Shown here: positions 31,105 to 40,858 of the stretch, in pieces
How positions within the stretch are numbered: the stretch's first letter is position 1
How the letters are laid out: every line of letters begins with the position of its first letter
From: Candidatus Daviesbacteria bacterium
GTDB lineage: Bacteria > Patescibacteriota > Microgenomatia > Daviesbacterales > UBA10151
Direction of reading: 5' to 3'
Assembly: GCA_016184225.1 (NCBI GenBank)
Contig: JACPDA010000004.1
Coordinates: 474,763-538,762, forward strand
DNA: 64,000 nucleotides
Program-made: the position numbers and the translations under genes
Notes under the pieces: model-generated
Told to the model about the DNA's origin: nothing
The model's input: only the letters and a program-made list of their open reading frames with translations
Database searches by the model: none

Positions 31105-32988
31105 ATGTTCAAAAACTTAAACAAAAGATTAAAATATTCAGATAAAAAATATTTAAGAAAAAATTCACATAAAAACAGAAGAAGAGTATTGGTTGCGCTG
31201 GTGATTTTGGCGATTGCCTTTATTATTCCTTCAACTTTCGCTTTCCTTGGGTTAAAACAAGCTTTATCCCACACAAAAGCTTTAGTTGCATCATATAAGA
31301 GTCAACAATTTGATAGTTTAAGTAGGGAAGTTTCCGCTACAAAGAATAGTTTGCAGGGAGCAAATATCTCATTAAGTTTCTTATTCTGGCTGCGGGCGAT
31401 ACCATTTATAGGTGGATATTATTCGGATGCGAAAGGTTTAGTAAATGCTGCAGTTGAAGGGTTAGTGGCGCTGGATAAAATTCTGTCGAATGTTGAAGGT
31501 GCAAAGGAGGAATTAGGATTTGATGGAAACGAGAAAAGCGGACCGGAAAGGGTAACCCAAGCGCTGAATATTTTAAGCAAGTCATTGCCCTTTTTGGATA
31601 AGGTGGAGGGTAATTTAAGGAAAGCTTCAGATTCGGTTAAAAATATTGACACTACTAAATATCCTGACAAATTTAGGGGTAAAGCAGTGAGGGGAAACTT
31701 AAGAATGGCAAAGAATTTCATAATGGGTGCTGCAGTTGCGGTTAAAGAAGGGAGGGGTGCTTTGACTCTGGCACCCGATGCCTTGGGAGCAAGCGGTACC
31801 AAAAACTATTTTCTCCTTTTTCAAAACGATAAAGAGATAAGACCAACCGGTGGGTTTTTAACAGCTTATGCCACACTTACAATTAACAACGGGCAAGTCA
31901 GTGCCAGTACTTCTGATGATATTTACAGACTGGATGAAAAATTGCTTGATGTTTGTTTAACTAAAATATGCCCTTTGACTCCTCCGGAGCCGATTGTTAA
32001 ATATTTACCTGAAGTCTCCGGCAAACCCCGGTCTGCCTGGAGCATGAGGGATTCAAATATTTCACCGGATATACCAACTGCGGCTAAAGAATTCGAGAGG
32101 ATGTATCAACTTTTGGGGGAAGGATTACCTTATGATGGAATTATTTATATTGATTCACAGGTAGTTGAGGAATTAATTGAAGTAACAGGACCGATTGATG
32201 TCTTTGGTACCACCTATTCCGCTGAAATCGATAAAAGGTGCAATTGTCCAAACGTGATTTATGAGCTGGAATCTTATGCAGAAATTGCCGCCAAAGGAGA
32301 AAAAGACAGGAAAGCAATTCTGGGGGTTTTAATGCAGCAGATTTTAGCCAGATCGGTTGGGGCAGATGTGGAGAAGCTGCCACAACTTATTGAGGTGGTA
32401 GCCAGGCTGGCAAACCATAAGCACATTATGTTTTATATGCATGAGTCACCGCTGCAAAGTTCTTTATCGGAGTTAAATTGGACCGGAGAAATTAAAAGCG
32501 TAGACGGCGATTATTTGCATATTAATGATTCCAACTTTGCCGGCGGAAAATCTAATTTATATGTGGAGCAGACAGTTACCCAGGAAATAAACACCCGAAA
32601 AGATGGGACAATGAAAAAGAAAATTACCATTGAATACAAAAATGATCAACCCTTTGGGATTTGGTTAAACGGGATCAATCGTGATTATGTCAGGTTCTAT
32701 GTGCCAAAAGGCAGCCAGCTTTTATCTTCCAAAGGTTCTGAGGTAGCTGTTAGTACTATAGATGATTTAGGTAAAACAGTGTTTGAGGCATTTGTCCAAG
32801 TCCGGCCCCAGAATACAAGAAAGCTGGAGATTGAGTATTCGCTGCCGTACCAGCCGGATGGGAAATATAAGTTAATAATCCAGAAACAGCCCGGGGCAAA
32901 AGATTTTCATTATAAGATTAAACTTAACGGTCGCGGAGTGGCAGATTTTGAATTGGATCAGGATAAGGAATTTGAGTTTGGGATATAA
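31105..32988 (+). CDS. DUF4012-domain membrane-anchored protein
   Basis: LLFQNDKEIRPTGGF, RDSNISPD, NFAGGKSN, QKQPG. Confidence 0.8.
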   Translation: MFKNLNKRLKYSDKKYLRKNSHKNRRRVLVALVILAIAFIIPSTFAFLGLKQALSHTKALVASYKSQQFDSLSREVSATKNSLQGANISLSFLFWLRAIPFIGGYYSDAKGLVNAAVEGLVALDKILSNVEGAKEELGFDGNEKSGPERVTQALNILSKSLPFLDKVEGNLRKASDSVKNIDTTKYPDKFRGKAVRGNLRMAKNFIMGAAVAVKEGRGALTLAPDALGASGTKNYFLLFQNDKEIRPTGGFLTAYATLTINNGQVSASTSDDIYRLDEKLLDVCLTKICPLTPPEPIVKYLPEVSGKPRSAWSMRDSNISPDIPTAAKEFERMYQLLGEGLPYDGIIYIDSQVVEELIEVTGPIDVFGTTYSAEIDKRCNCPNVIYELESYAEIAAKGEKDRKAILGVLMQQILARSVGADVEKLPQLIEVVARLANHKHIMFYMHESPLQSSLSELNWTGEIKSVDGDYLHINDSNFAGGKSNLYVEQTVTQEINTRKDGTMKKKITIEYKNDQPFGIWLNGINRDYVRFYVPKGSQLLSSKGSEVAVSTIDDLGKTVFEAFVQVRPQNTRKLEIEYSLPYQPDGKYKLIIQKQPGAKDFHYKIKLNGRGVADFELDQDKEFEFGI

Positions 32989-33015
32989 CAGAATATCTGT
33001 GATAAACTGCACCTT

Positions 33016-33681
33016 ATGCAGGGGATTAAAGTTGAGGGGATTATTTTAAAGAGGCGGAATTTAGGTGAAGCAGACCGGATTTTAACTGTGTTTTCTCTCC
33101 AAAAAGGCAAGATTTCCGTCCTGGCAAAAGGCGTCAGGAGAATCCACTCAAGAAGGGCAGGAAATGTTGAGCTTTTAAACAGGGTTTTGCTGTATTTACA
33201 CCAGGCAAAAACTTTTCTGATTTTAACTGAAGCCAGCAGTTTAGATACATTCCAGAGGTTAAAAGAAGATTTAACTTTATCTACTTATGCTTTTCATATT
33301 ATTGAACTGGTGGATAAGCTGACAGCAGAAAACCAAGAGAACAAGGGTATGTATGAGCATTTGGTGAATGTTTTACAAAGGTTATCTAGGAATCCCAGGC
33401 AGATATTGGTTAGAGCTTTTGAAGCGAAAATACTTTCAAGTCTGGGCTTTGCAACATTTCGAAGCTCCACCCCGGGGATGTCAATACAAATTCACCCCGG
33501 GGGTGTCAATACAAATATTAAGAATCTGCTGGAAAAATTGGAAACATCATCATGGGATGAGATTGAAAAGACGGAAATACACGAAAAAGAGGCTCTGGAA
33601 CTGGAACGTACGTTGCGGTATCATGTAGAAAGAGTGATAGAAGGGAGGTTAAAAAGCAGGCAACTGCTAAAGAAAATATAG
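33016..33681 (+). CDS. recO: DNA repair protein RecO
   Basis: GIILKRRNLGEADRILTVFS..GK..AKGVRR OB-fold signature. Confidence 0.9.
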   Translation: MQGIKVEGIILKRRNLGEADRILTVFSLQKGKISVLAKGVRRIHSRRAGNVELLNRVLLYLHQAKTFLILTEASSLDTFQRLKEDLTLSTYAFHIIELVDKLTAENQENKGMYEHLVNVLQRLSRNPRQILVRAFEAKILSSLGFATFRSSTPGMSIQIHPGGVNTNIKNLLEKLETSSWDEIEKTEIHEKEALELERTLRYHVERVIEGRLKSRQLLKKI

Positions 33682-33823
33682 TAGCTTGTCACAGCACAAA
33701 GTACCGCGAGCGCGTCCAAGTCGCTCGCTATTGGTTTGTTTCGCGTCGCGCAATGCCTGAATCATGGACGAAGTAGTGCGCTCAACTGCACCGATTACTT
33801 TGACTGCTTGTGACTTCGCTACT
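33680..33823. ncRNA. Long rod-like structured element between recO and glyS (ncRNA or palindromic mobile element)
   Basis: Nested arms AGTAGC/GCTACT, GTCACAGCA/TGCTTGTGAC, CAAAGTA/TACTTTG, GAGCGC/GCGCTC, CGTCCA/TGGACG. Confidence 0.4.
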
Positions 33824-33847
33824 CTTTAGCGATATGCGATATGCGAT

Positions 33848-35155
33848 ATGGATAATCTAATGGATAAGATTGTAGCTTTGTGTAAAAGAAGGGGGTTTGT
33901 ATTTCCGGGATCTGAGATTTACGGAGGTATGGCTAATTCTTGGGATTATGGACCTTTGGGAGTTGAGCTTAAAAATAATATTAAACAGGCTTGGTGGAAA
34001 AGGTTTGTTCACTTGCGGGAAGATATAATCGGGATTGATGCAGCCTTAATTATGAACCCTAAGGTCTGGGAAGCTTCCGGGCATGTAGCAAATTTCCAGG
34101 ATCCGTTAGTAGAGTGTAAAAAGTGTCACGAGCGGTTTAGGGCAGACCATATTAAAGATAACACTTGTCCGAATTGCGGTTCAAAAGATGCCTTTACCAG
34201 TGAGAAAATGTTTAATCTAATGTTTAAAACCTTTATTGGTCCGGCAGAGGAATCGTCTAATGTGGCATATTTTCGGCCGGAGACAGCTCAAGCAATGTTT
34301 GTGGATTTTAGAAGTGTTTTGGATACTGCCAGAATGAGAGTGCCTTTTGGAATCGCCCAAATCGGTAAAGCTTTTAGAAACGAAATCACCCCGGGAAATT
34401 TTATCTTCAGGACCAGGGAGTTTGAACAGATGGAGATTGAATATTTTATTCCACCTCCTAAGCAGGATGCTGATTGGCAGGGTTTTTTTGAACTTTGGAG
34501 AAAAGAAATGTTAAGTTGGATAAAAGATGATTTAGGGGTGGATTTAGAGAAAATTCACGAGCATGAAATTGAGACAGAGGAAAGAGCCCATTATTCCAAA
34601 AGGACCATTGATTTTGAATATGATTTTCCTTTTGGAATGAGTGAGCTCTATGGACTGGCATACAGGACTGATTTTGACTTAAAAAACCATGAAAAATTCT
34701 CGGGGCAAAATCTAGAGTACAGAGATCCTGAGACAGGAGAGAAATTTATTCCTCATGTGATAGAGCCGACTTGGGGAGTAGACAGATCAGTATTGGTGAT
34801 ATTAATAGATGCTTATAGCGAACAGGACGGAAGAGTGGTTTTAAAGTTAAAACGGAAGCTTGCTCCGTATAAAGCAGCAGTTTTTCCACTTTTGGCCAAT
34901 AAGCCAGAGTTGATCAAAATTGCCCGTAGGATTTACCTTGACCTTAAGGAAAGTTTCATGGTAGCCTGGGATGACAGGGGTAATATTGGTAAAAGGTATG
35001 CTTCCCAGGATGAGATTGGGACACCCTTTTGTATTACAGTAGATTTTCAGAGCTTGGAGGATGAGATGGTCACAGTCAGAGACCGGGATAGTGCCAAGCA
35101 GGACAGAGTAAAAATAGACGAACTAAAAGAATACCTAACAAAGAAAATTGCATGA
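33848..35155 (+). CDS. glyS: Glycine--tRNA ligase, alpha2 (homodimeric) type
   Basis: CKRRGFVFPGSEIYGG, RPETAQ, FRNEITP, RTREFEQME, DEIGTPFCITVD. Confidence 0.97.
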   Translation: MDNLMDKIVALCKRRGFVFPGSEIYGGMANSWDYGPLGVELKNNIKQAWWKRFVHLREDIIGIDAALIMNPKVWEASGHVANFQDPLVECKKCHERFRADHIKDNTCPNCGSKDAFTSEKMFNLMFKTFIGPAEESSNVAYFRPETAQAMFVDFRSVLDTARMRVPFGIAQIGKAFRNEITPGNFIFRTREFEQMEIEYFIPPPKQDADWQGFFELWRKEMLSWIKDDLGVDLEKIHEHEIETEERAHYSKRTIDFEYDFPFGMSELYGLAYRTDFDLKNHEKFSGQNLEYRDPETGEKFIPHVIEPTWGVDRSVLVILIDAYSEQDGRVVLKLKRKLAPYKAAVFPLLANKPELIKIARRIYLDLKESFMVAWDDRGNIGKRYASQDEIGTPFCITVDFQSLEDEMVTVRDRDSAKQDRVKIDELKEYLTKKIA

Positions 35156-36048
35156 ATAAACTAACGCAACTGCTCACTCTGCATCGCAGAACAACCCTTC
35201 TGGTGGTGGTATTGGTCATTGTCGGACTACTGAGCTGGTTCGGAGTACAAAGTTTTCTTGCCGGAAACCAGGGCCCGGCTGAAGAAATTGACCTAATTTT
35301 TGATGCCGAAGGTCCCTATGCCCTGCTTTTCCCCAGAAGAGACGGCAATGCCTTAATTTTGGACCTTAAAAGAACCAGCTCGTATGACAGTATTTCTTAT
35401 GAGCTAGCTTACACTAGCACGCCGGATGAGAAAGTTGTCTCCGGCAACAAGATTTCCGAAGATGGTGAAGGAAATACCTCAGGGTCGATTGACAGGGGAG
35501 TTATGGGCACCATTGATACTAAAGATAAAAAGGGTGAGTATGAACAGGAAATTTTGTTTGGGTCTTGCAGTAAAAATGTTTGTAAATATGATAAAGGGGT
35601 AGAAAACGGGACTCTGATGCTGCGTATCAGAAAAGGAGATAAGGTGTATAGAATGGTTACCCAGTGGCACTTGCAAAAACCGGACGTAGCTTTAGGTAAT
35701 TTAACCTCTGGTGACGGGCATTTAGTTTACAAAGTAGATGGAGATAGGCAAGCGCTTGCTAATATAGGTTTTACCATAACTAATGATTTAACAGGTCTAC
35801 CAAAACTTCCGTCTGGAAAACAGGTTTTGGGTAAAGTTTACTCCTTGAATGTACCGATTGCCAAAGAGTTGACCGGTGGGTCAGTTAGCCTAGAGCTGGC
35901 AGAGGATCCGTCTGAGGGAGCAAAGCTTTTTAGGTACAATGGAAACAAGAGCGAGTGGCAGGAATTGGATACTAAAGTAGAAGGAAGCAAGCTTTCAGCT
36001 AAAGCAGATGGAGCTGGAATATTTGTAGTATTAATTCCCTCAAAATAA
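35152..36048 (+). CDS. Hypothetical membrane-anchored extracytoplasmic protein
   Basis: N-terminal TM then a beta-rich domain with CSKNVC; ATGA overlap. Confidence 0.7.
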   Translation: MNKLTQLLTLHRRTTLLVVVLVIVGLLSWFGVQSFLAGNQGPAEEIDLIFDAEGPYALLFPRRDGNALILDLKRTSSYDSISYELAYTSTPDEKVVSGNKISEDGEGNTSGSIDRGVMGTIDTKDKKGEYEQEILFGSCSKNVCKYDKGVENGTLMLRIRKGDKVYRMVTQWHLQKPDVALGNLTSGDGHLVYKVDGDRQALANIGFTITNDLTGLPKLPSGKQVLGKVYSLNVPIAKELTGGSVSLELAEDPSEGAKLFRYNGNKSEWQELDTKVEGSKLSAKADGAGIFVVLIPSK

Positions 36049-36077
36049 GTAAGCAGCTCGTCACAACAAATTACCTC

Positions 36078-36130
36078 TTGACAAATTGTTATAAAATGGC
36101 GGAAAATGGTTATAGATGGTGAAAAAGGGT
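36078..36130 (+). promoter_or_regulatory. mraZ/dcw promoter region with 10-bp-periodic MraZ boxes
   Basis: TTGACA at 36078; TGG at 36097, 36107 and 36117, GGG at 36127. Confidence 0.65.
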
Positions 36131-36186
36131 GATCCGTCAACTGACGGACCCTAAGATATCTGCCCAGAAAGCCCGAGGATGTCCTC

Positions 36187-36597
36187 ATGTTTTTGGGTGA
36201 GTATCGAACAAAATTCACAGGTAAAGGCAGAGTGGTCCTGCCTCATAAATTCAGACAGGAGCTCAAAGGTAAAGAAGTAATCTTAAGCCGCGGCTTTGAA
36301 GAATGTATTTGGGGTTTTGACGTAAAAGATTTTGAGGAAGAGGCAAGGAAGCAGCTTGAGATATCTGCTACGGAAGAACGGGCCAGGTATATGCGCAGAT
36401 ACCTATTTTCGAGCAGCGAATCGGTGGAGCTGGACGCTCAAGGTCGGATTATCATACCGTCCGCCCTGCTTGATTTTGCTAGCGTTAAAGAGGAAATTGC
36501 AATTGTCGGCGCGGGTGATCATTTTGAGATTTGGGATGCAAAGCATTGGAAAAAGCACATGAAGAAGGTGGAGGTGAAACTTGGAAGGATATCATAG
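36187..36597 (+). CDS. mraZ: Transcriptional regulator MraZ
   Basis: MFLGEY..KGRVVLP; DAQGRIIIP; GAGDHFEIW. Confidence 0.95.
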   Translation: MFLGEYRTKFTGKGRVVLPHKFRQELKGKEVILSRGFEECIWGFDVKDFEEEARKQLEISATEERARYMRRYLFSSSESVELDAQGRIIIPSALLDFASVKEEIAIVGAGDHFEIWDAKHWKKHMKKVEVKLGRIS

Positions 36598-37480
36598 GTC
36601 CGTTCTTCTTAAGGGAGCGATAGACGCATTAGATATAAAGGCAGGAAATTGGTATTTGGATTGCACTTTGGGCGACGGGGGACATACTTTAGAGATTTTG
36701 AAACGGGGCGGTAAGGTAGTCGGAATAGATGTAGATCCGAAGGCCTTGGAGAGAGTGCATAAAAGGTTAGGGAGTTTAGGGGTTTTAGGGAATGCAGTAT
36801 TAATTCAGGGTAATTTTAGGGATTTAAAAAACTTAATATTTTCGCAGGCGGACACTGTCGGATCAAAGATAAAAGGTGCAATTTTTGATCTTGGGGTTTC
36901 CAGTCTGCAACTAGAAAGCCCCGAACGGGGTTTTTCTTTTGCGCTGGAAGGCCCTTTAGATATGAGGATGGATCCGGGTTTGCAGGTTAGAGCTCTGGAT
37001 CTACTTAATACGCTAACACGAAAGGAGTTAAATGAGTTATTTCGTAACTTGGGTGAAGAAAAATATTCTTGGAAGCTGGCTGATGCTTTGGTCAGCGCCC
37101 GTGAGGTAGGACAGGTTACAACAACAAAAGATTTGGCGGAAGTGGTGGAGAAGGTATATAGAAGAATGGGGATTAGGGATTCAAAAATCCATCCGGCCAC
37201 CAGGGTATTTCAGGCTCTCCGGATGGTAATAAATGATGAGCTGGGGGCTTTGCAGGAGGGCTTAGATCAAGTAAAGGAGATCATAGAAAAGAATGGTTGT
37301 ATTGTGGTTATTAGTTTTCATTCATTGGAGGACCGGATCGTTAAAAATGCTTTTAAACAGTGGAAGCTTGCAGGATTGGGTGAGGTTTTAACCAGAAAAC
37401 CTGTAGTGCCGAGTGATCAGGAGATTGCAGAAAATCCAAGATCCAGATCGGCAAAAATGAGGGTATTTAAAAAATTATGA
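36581..37480 (+). CDS. rsmH: 16S rRNA m4C1402 methyltransferase
   Basis: DCTLGDGGH, DLGVSSLQL, PLDMRM, HPATRVFQALR, FHSLEDRIVK, NPRSRSAK; TTG start. Confidence 0.97.
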   Translation: MEGYHRSVLLKGAIDALDIKAGNWYLDCTLGDGGHTLEILKRGGKVVGIDVDPKALERVHKRLGSLGVLGNAVLIQGNFRDLKNLIFSQADTVGSKIKGAIFDLGVSSLQLESPERGFSFALEGPLDMRMDPGLQVRALDLLNTLTRKELNELFRNLGEEKYSWKLADALVSAREVGQVTTTKDLAEVVEKVYRRMGIRDSKIHPATRVFQALRMVINDELGALQEGLDQVKEIIEKNGCIVVISFHSLEDRIVKNAFKQWKLAGLGEVLTRKPVVPSDQEIAENPRSRSAKMRVFKKL

Positions 37481-37773
37481 CCATCATCAAAAAATTTGAA
37501 CCAGAGGAAATAAAAAAGGGGTTTTCAAAGAAATATATAAGCGCAGTAGTAGCTGGTTTTTTCATACTTATGCTGGCTGAAATCTGGGCCAGTAATAGTG
37601 TAGTTGCTTATGGTGAAAAACTTGAGAAACTTTCTTCAATCACCAAAACACTTAGTTTGGAAAATCAAATCCTGGAAAATGAGATAGCCAGGCAGGTATC
37701 GTTAAATCGCGTTGCTTCCAAATCCGGTGAGCTTGGTTTTTCGCAAGCCGAAAGTATACAATATATTCGATAA
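37477..37773 (+). CDS. ftsL: Cell division protein FtsL-like
   Basis: Single TM plus coiled coil; lies between rsmH and the PBP gene. Confidence 0.65.
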   Translation: MTIIKKFEPEEIKKGFSKKYISAVVAGFFILMLAEIWASNSVVAYGEKLEKLSSITKTLSLENQILENEIARQVSLNRVASKSGELGFSQAESIQYIR

Positions 37774-37783
37774 CTTCTTTTAA

Positions 37784-39490
37784 ATGAGGCGAATATTTTG
37801 GATTAAATCAGTTTTTCTACTTTTCTTTTGCAGTTTAATTATCCGTTTGTTTTACTGGCAGGTAGTGCGGGCGGAGTTTCTTCAATCCCAGGCGGAGAAC
37901 CAATATTTTACAAATACAAAAATTGATGCCGCAAGAGGAGATATCCTTTTTTCGGACGGATTTATTTTGGCTTCTTCCAACCCGGCATTTTCCCTTTATG
38001 GCTTACCCAAAGTTATAGCACCGGATGAAAGACAAAAAATTTCTTACTCGTTGGCGAAGATTTTATCCGGTTTAGAGGAAGATCCGGAAATAGATACCCT
38101 GGCAAAGGATTTAATTACTAAGTTATCCCAGAATCTTTTTTGGGTACAGCTTAAAAAAATTATTTCCACGGAACAAAAAAAACAGATTGAAGATTTAAAT
38201 TTGTCAGGTATTGGTTTTGAGCAGCGTAGTACCAGATTTTATCCGGAAGGCTCTTCTTCGGCACACCTCTTGGGGTTTTTGGGGTCAGATGCGAAGGGAG
38301 CAAGCAAGGGCTATTTTGGAGTAGAAGGTTATTATGATGGGGAACTGCGGGGTATGTCCGGATTAATTAGAAATGAGAGGGATGCTTTAGGGCTCCCGAT
38401 TTTAATAGGTAATTTTTTTGAGAATGAAGCAAAAAACGGCAAGGATTTAATGTTAAACGTTGACCGGTCTATCCAATTTATTATTGAACGTGAGTTAAAG
38501 CTGGGGATGGAAAGCTATGGTGCTAAAGCAGGTTCTGTGGTGGTAATGGATCCAAAAACCGGAGGGATTTTGGCAGTTGCCGCTTTTCCGAGTTATGATC
38601 CTGTAAAATATTTCGATTACCCCAGAGAGTATTATAAAAATCCGGTTGTGGCAGACCAATACGAACCCGGGTCAACCTTTAAAGTATTGGTAATGGCGGC
38701 TGGCGTCAATGAAGATGTGGTTGAGCCGGATACGCGCTGCGACAAATGTTCGGGGCCAATCTCTATAGGCGGTTTTACCATCAGAACCTGGAATAATAAA
38801 TATTATCCTGATACCAGCTTAAAAGATGTGATAATCCATTCGGATAATACAGGCATGGTGTTTACGGCGCAAAAATTAGGGATAGATAAATTTTATTCAT
38901 ATATTGAAAATTTTGGTTTCGGAGAGCCCTCGGATATTGATTTACAGGATGAATCATCCCCGGACATTAGGCCTAAAAACAGCTGGAAGGAAATAGATTT
39001 AGCCACAGCCTCTTTCGGTCAAGGGATTGCCGTAACGCCGATTCAAATGGTGAGGGCAGTTGCAGCCATTGCAAATGGTGGGAATTTGATGGAACCCCAT
39101 GTGGTAAAGGAGATCAGAGACGAAAGGGGAAGTTTTAGGGTTGAGCCAAAGGTGGTGAGGCAGGTATTAAAGGATTCTACGGCGCAAATGATAAAAGAAA
39201 TGATGGTGGCAGCAGTAGAAGAAGGGGAAGCACGGGTTTTTCGCCCAAAAGGCTTTAGGATTGCCGGTAAAACAGGGACGGCCCAGATTCCGGTAGCCGG
39301 GCATTATGATTCAACTAAAACCATTGCTTCATTCGTCGGGTTTGCACCTGCAGATGACCCCAAATTTGTGATGTTAGTTCGTTACGATGAGCCTTCTTCA
39401 TCTATCTTTGGTTCGGAAACAGCTGCACCCACCTTTTTTAACATAGCCAAACAGCTTTTCATCTACTACAAAATTGCCCCTTCTGAGTAG
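37784..39490 (+). CDS. ftsI: Class B penicillin-binding protein (FtsI)
   Basis: RGDI, RFYP, EPGSTFK (SxxK), SDN, KTGT; dcw position. Confidence 0.9.
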   Translation: MRRIFWIKSVFLLFFCSLIIRLFYWQVVRAEFLQSQAENQYFTNTKIDAARGDILFSDGFILASSNPAFSLYGLPKVIAPDERQKISYSLAKILSGLEEDPEIDTLAKDLITKLSQNLFWVQLKKIISTEQKKQIEDLNLSGIGFEQRSTRFYPEGSSSAHLLGFLGSDAKGASKGYFGVEGYYDGELRGMSGLIRNERDALGLPILIGNFFENEAKNGKDLMLNVDRSIQFIIERELKLGMESYGAKAGSVVVMDPKTGGILAVAAFPSYDPVKYFDYPREYYKNPVVADQYEPGSTFKVLVMAAGVNEDVVEPDTRCDKCSGPISIGGFTIRTWNNKYYPDTSLKDVIIHSDNTGMVFTAQKLGIDKFYSYIENFGFGEPSDIDLQDESSPDIRPKNSWKEIDLATASFGQGIAVTPIQMVRAVAAIANGGNLMEPHVVKEIRDERGSFRVEPKVVRQVLKDSTAQMIKEMMVAAVEEGEARVFRPKGFRIAGKTGTAQIPVAGHYDSTKTIASFVGFAPADDPKFVMLVRYDEPSSSIFGSETAAPTFFNIAKQLFIYYKIAPSE

Positions 39491-39514
39491 GCATGATTTA
39501 ACCGAAAGTCCCTA

Positions 39515-39544
39515 GGTGTCCTACCTGGGCCACCTTCCAGGTGG
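39515..39544. repeat. Dispersed 30-bp repeat with a CCACCT-N3-AGGTGG palindrome; second copy at 58808-58837
   Basis: GGTGTCCTACCTGGGCCACCTTCCAGGTGG vs GGTGTCCTATCTAAGCCACCTCCCAGGTGG (26/30 identical). Confidence 0.75.
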
Positions 39545-39610
39545 ATAATGTTAATAGATGCACTAAATTAGTATGACAAACAATGCGTAGGTCTTGGTAT
39601 AATAGCTTCC

Positions 39611-40858
39611 ATGAAGAAACTAATTAAGGGAATTTTGTCCCAGGAAATAATTAATAATTTTTATCATTTGCCAAAAGCCGTATTGGCAAATGTAGTATAT
39701 GGCTCCCCTACCAGGGGACTCAAAGTGATTGGGGTGACCGGGACTGACGGGAAAACTACCACAGTTAATATGATTTACCAAATTTTAAAGGCTGCCGGAA
39801 AAAAGGTTTCCATGGCTTCAACAATAAATGCAGTGATAGGTGGGAAATCCATGGATACAGGATTCCACATAACTAGTCCGAGTCCATTTTCTATCCAAAA
39901 ACTGGCCCGGCAATCAGTTGATAATGAAGATGAATACTTGGTGTTGGAAGTTACCTCGCATGCCATTGACCAGTACAGGTTTTGGGGGATTAAGTTTGAT
40001 GTCGGAGTAATTACCAATATTACTCATGAGCACCTAGATTATCATAAAACTTTTGATAACTATGTAAGCACCAAATTTAAACTGCTAAAAAATGTAAAAT
40101 TTGCCATCATTAACAGTGATTTAAACACAAATGTCCTCCGATCGTGGGACAAATGTGTTAACCATAGGCTAATCACCTTTGGTTTTAGTAAAGGGGACTT
40201 TAACCAAAAAGAACTACAGTTAAAACTTAAAGTGCCGGGTGATTACAACATTGAAAATGCGCTGGCATCTTTGGCAGTAGCCTTTATCTTAAATATAGAC
40301 AAAGATATTGCCAAAAAAACTCTTGAGAATTTTCAAGGCATAACAGGACGCATGGAAGAAATAAAAAACAATAAAGGGATAAAGATCTTTATAGATTTTG
40401 CCCATACGCCTAATGGTTTAGAACAAGCCTTAAAGGCTTTACGCTCAAGTCGTGGTCCAAAGGACCAACAGACCACGTCTGGTAGGCTAATAGCGGTTAT
40501 AGGTGCGGAAGGGGATAGGGATGTAGAGAAAAGAGCCATGATGGGAGAGATTGCGCAAAGGTTGTCTAACTTTGTGGTGGTAACCGCAGTTGACCCAAGG
40601 GGACAGCTGGATGCAATAAATAAACAGATAGCGGCAGGTGCTCAAAAGGCCGGAGCAGCACCAGACAGAAATTTTTTTGTAATTGCTGACAGAGAGAAAG
40701 CTTTTGATTTTGCCATTAATCAGCTTGCTAAAAGAGGGGATACAGTGGGAATCTTTGGGAAAGGACACGAGACCTCCATGAATCTGGACGGAAAAAAAGA
40801 AATTCCCTGGTCGGATAAGGAAGCTGTAGTAAGTTGTTTGGATAATAAATATGGATAA
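39611..40858 (+). CDS. murE: MurE-like Mur ligase lacking the usual N-terminal domain
   Basis: GVTGTDGKTTT, LEVTSH, TNITHEHLDYH, DFAHTP, GKGHE. Confidence 0.85.
   Translation: MKKLIKGILSQEIINNFYHLPKAVLANVVYGSPTRGLKVIGVTGTDGKTTTVNMIYQILKAAGKKVSMASTINAVIGGKSMDTGFHITSPSPFSIQKLARQSVDNEDEYLVLEVTSHAIDQYRFWGIKFDVGVITNITHEHLDYHKTFDNYVSTKFKLLKNVKFAIINSDLNTNVLRSWDKCVNHRLITFGFSKGDFNQKELQLKLKVPGDYNIENALASLAVAFILNIDKDIAKKTLENFQGITGRMEEIKNNKGIKIFIDFAHTPNGLEQALKALRSSRGPKDQQTTSGRLIAVIGAEGDRDVEKRAMMGEIAQRLSNFVVVTAVDPRGQLDAINKQIAAGAQKAGAAPDRNFFVIADREKAFDFAINQLAKRGDTVGIFGKGHETSMNLDGKKEIPWSDKEAVVSCLDNKYG

Noticed and set aside
33680-33847. T-box riboswitch or SRP RNA upstream of glyS
   Set aside because: No UGGNACC T-box bulge or terminator, and no SRP GGAA loop with CAGG/AGCA; kept only as an unclassified structure
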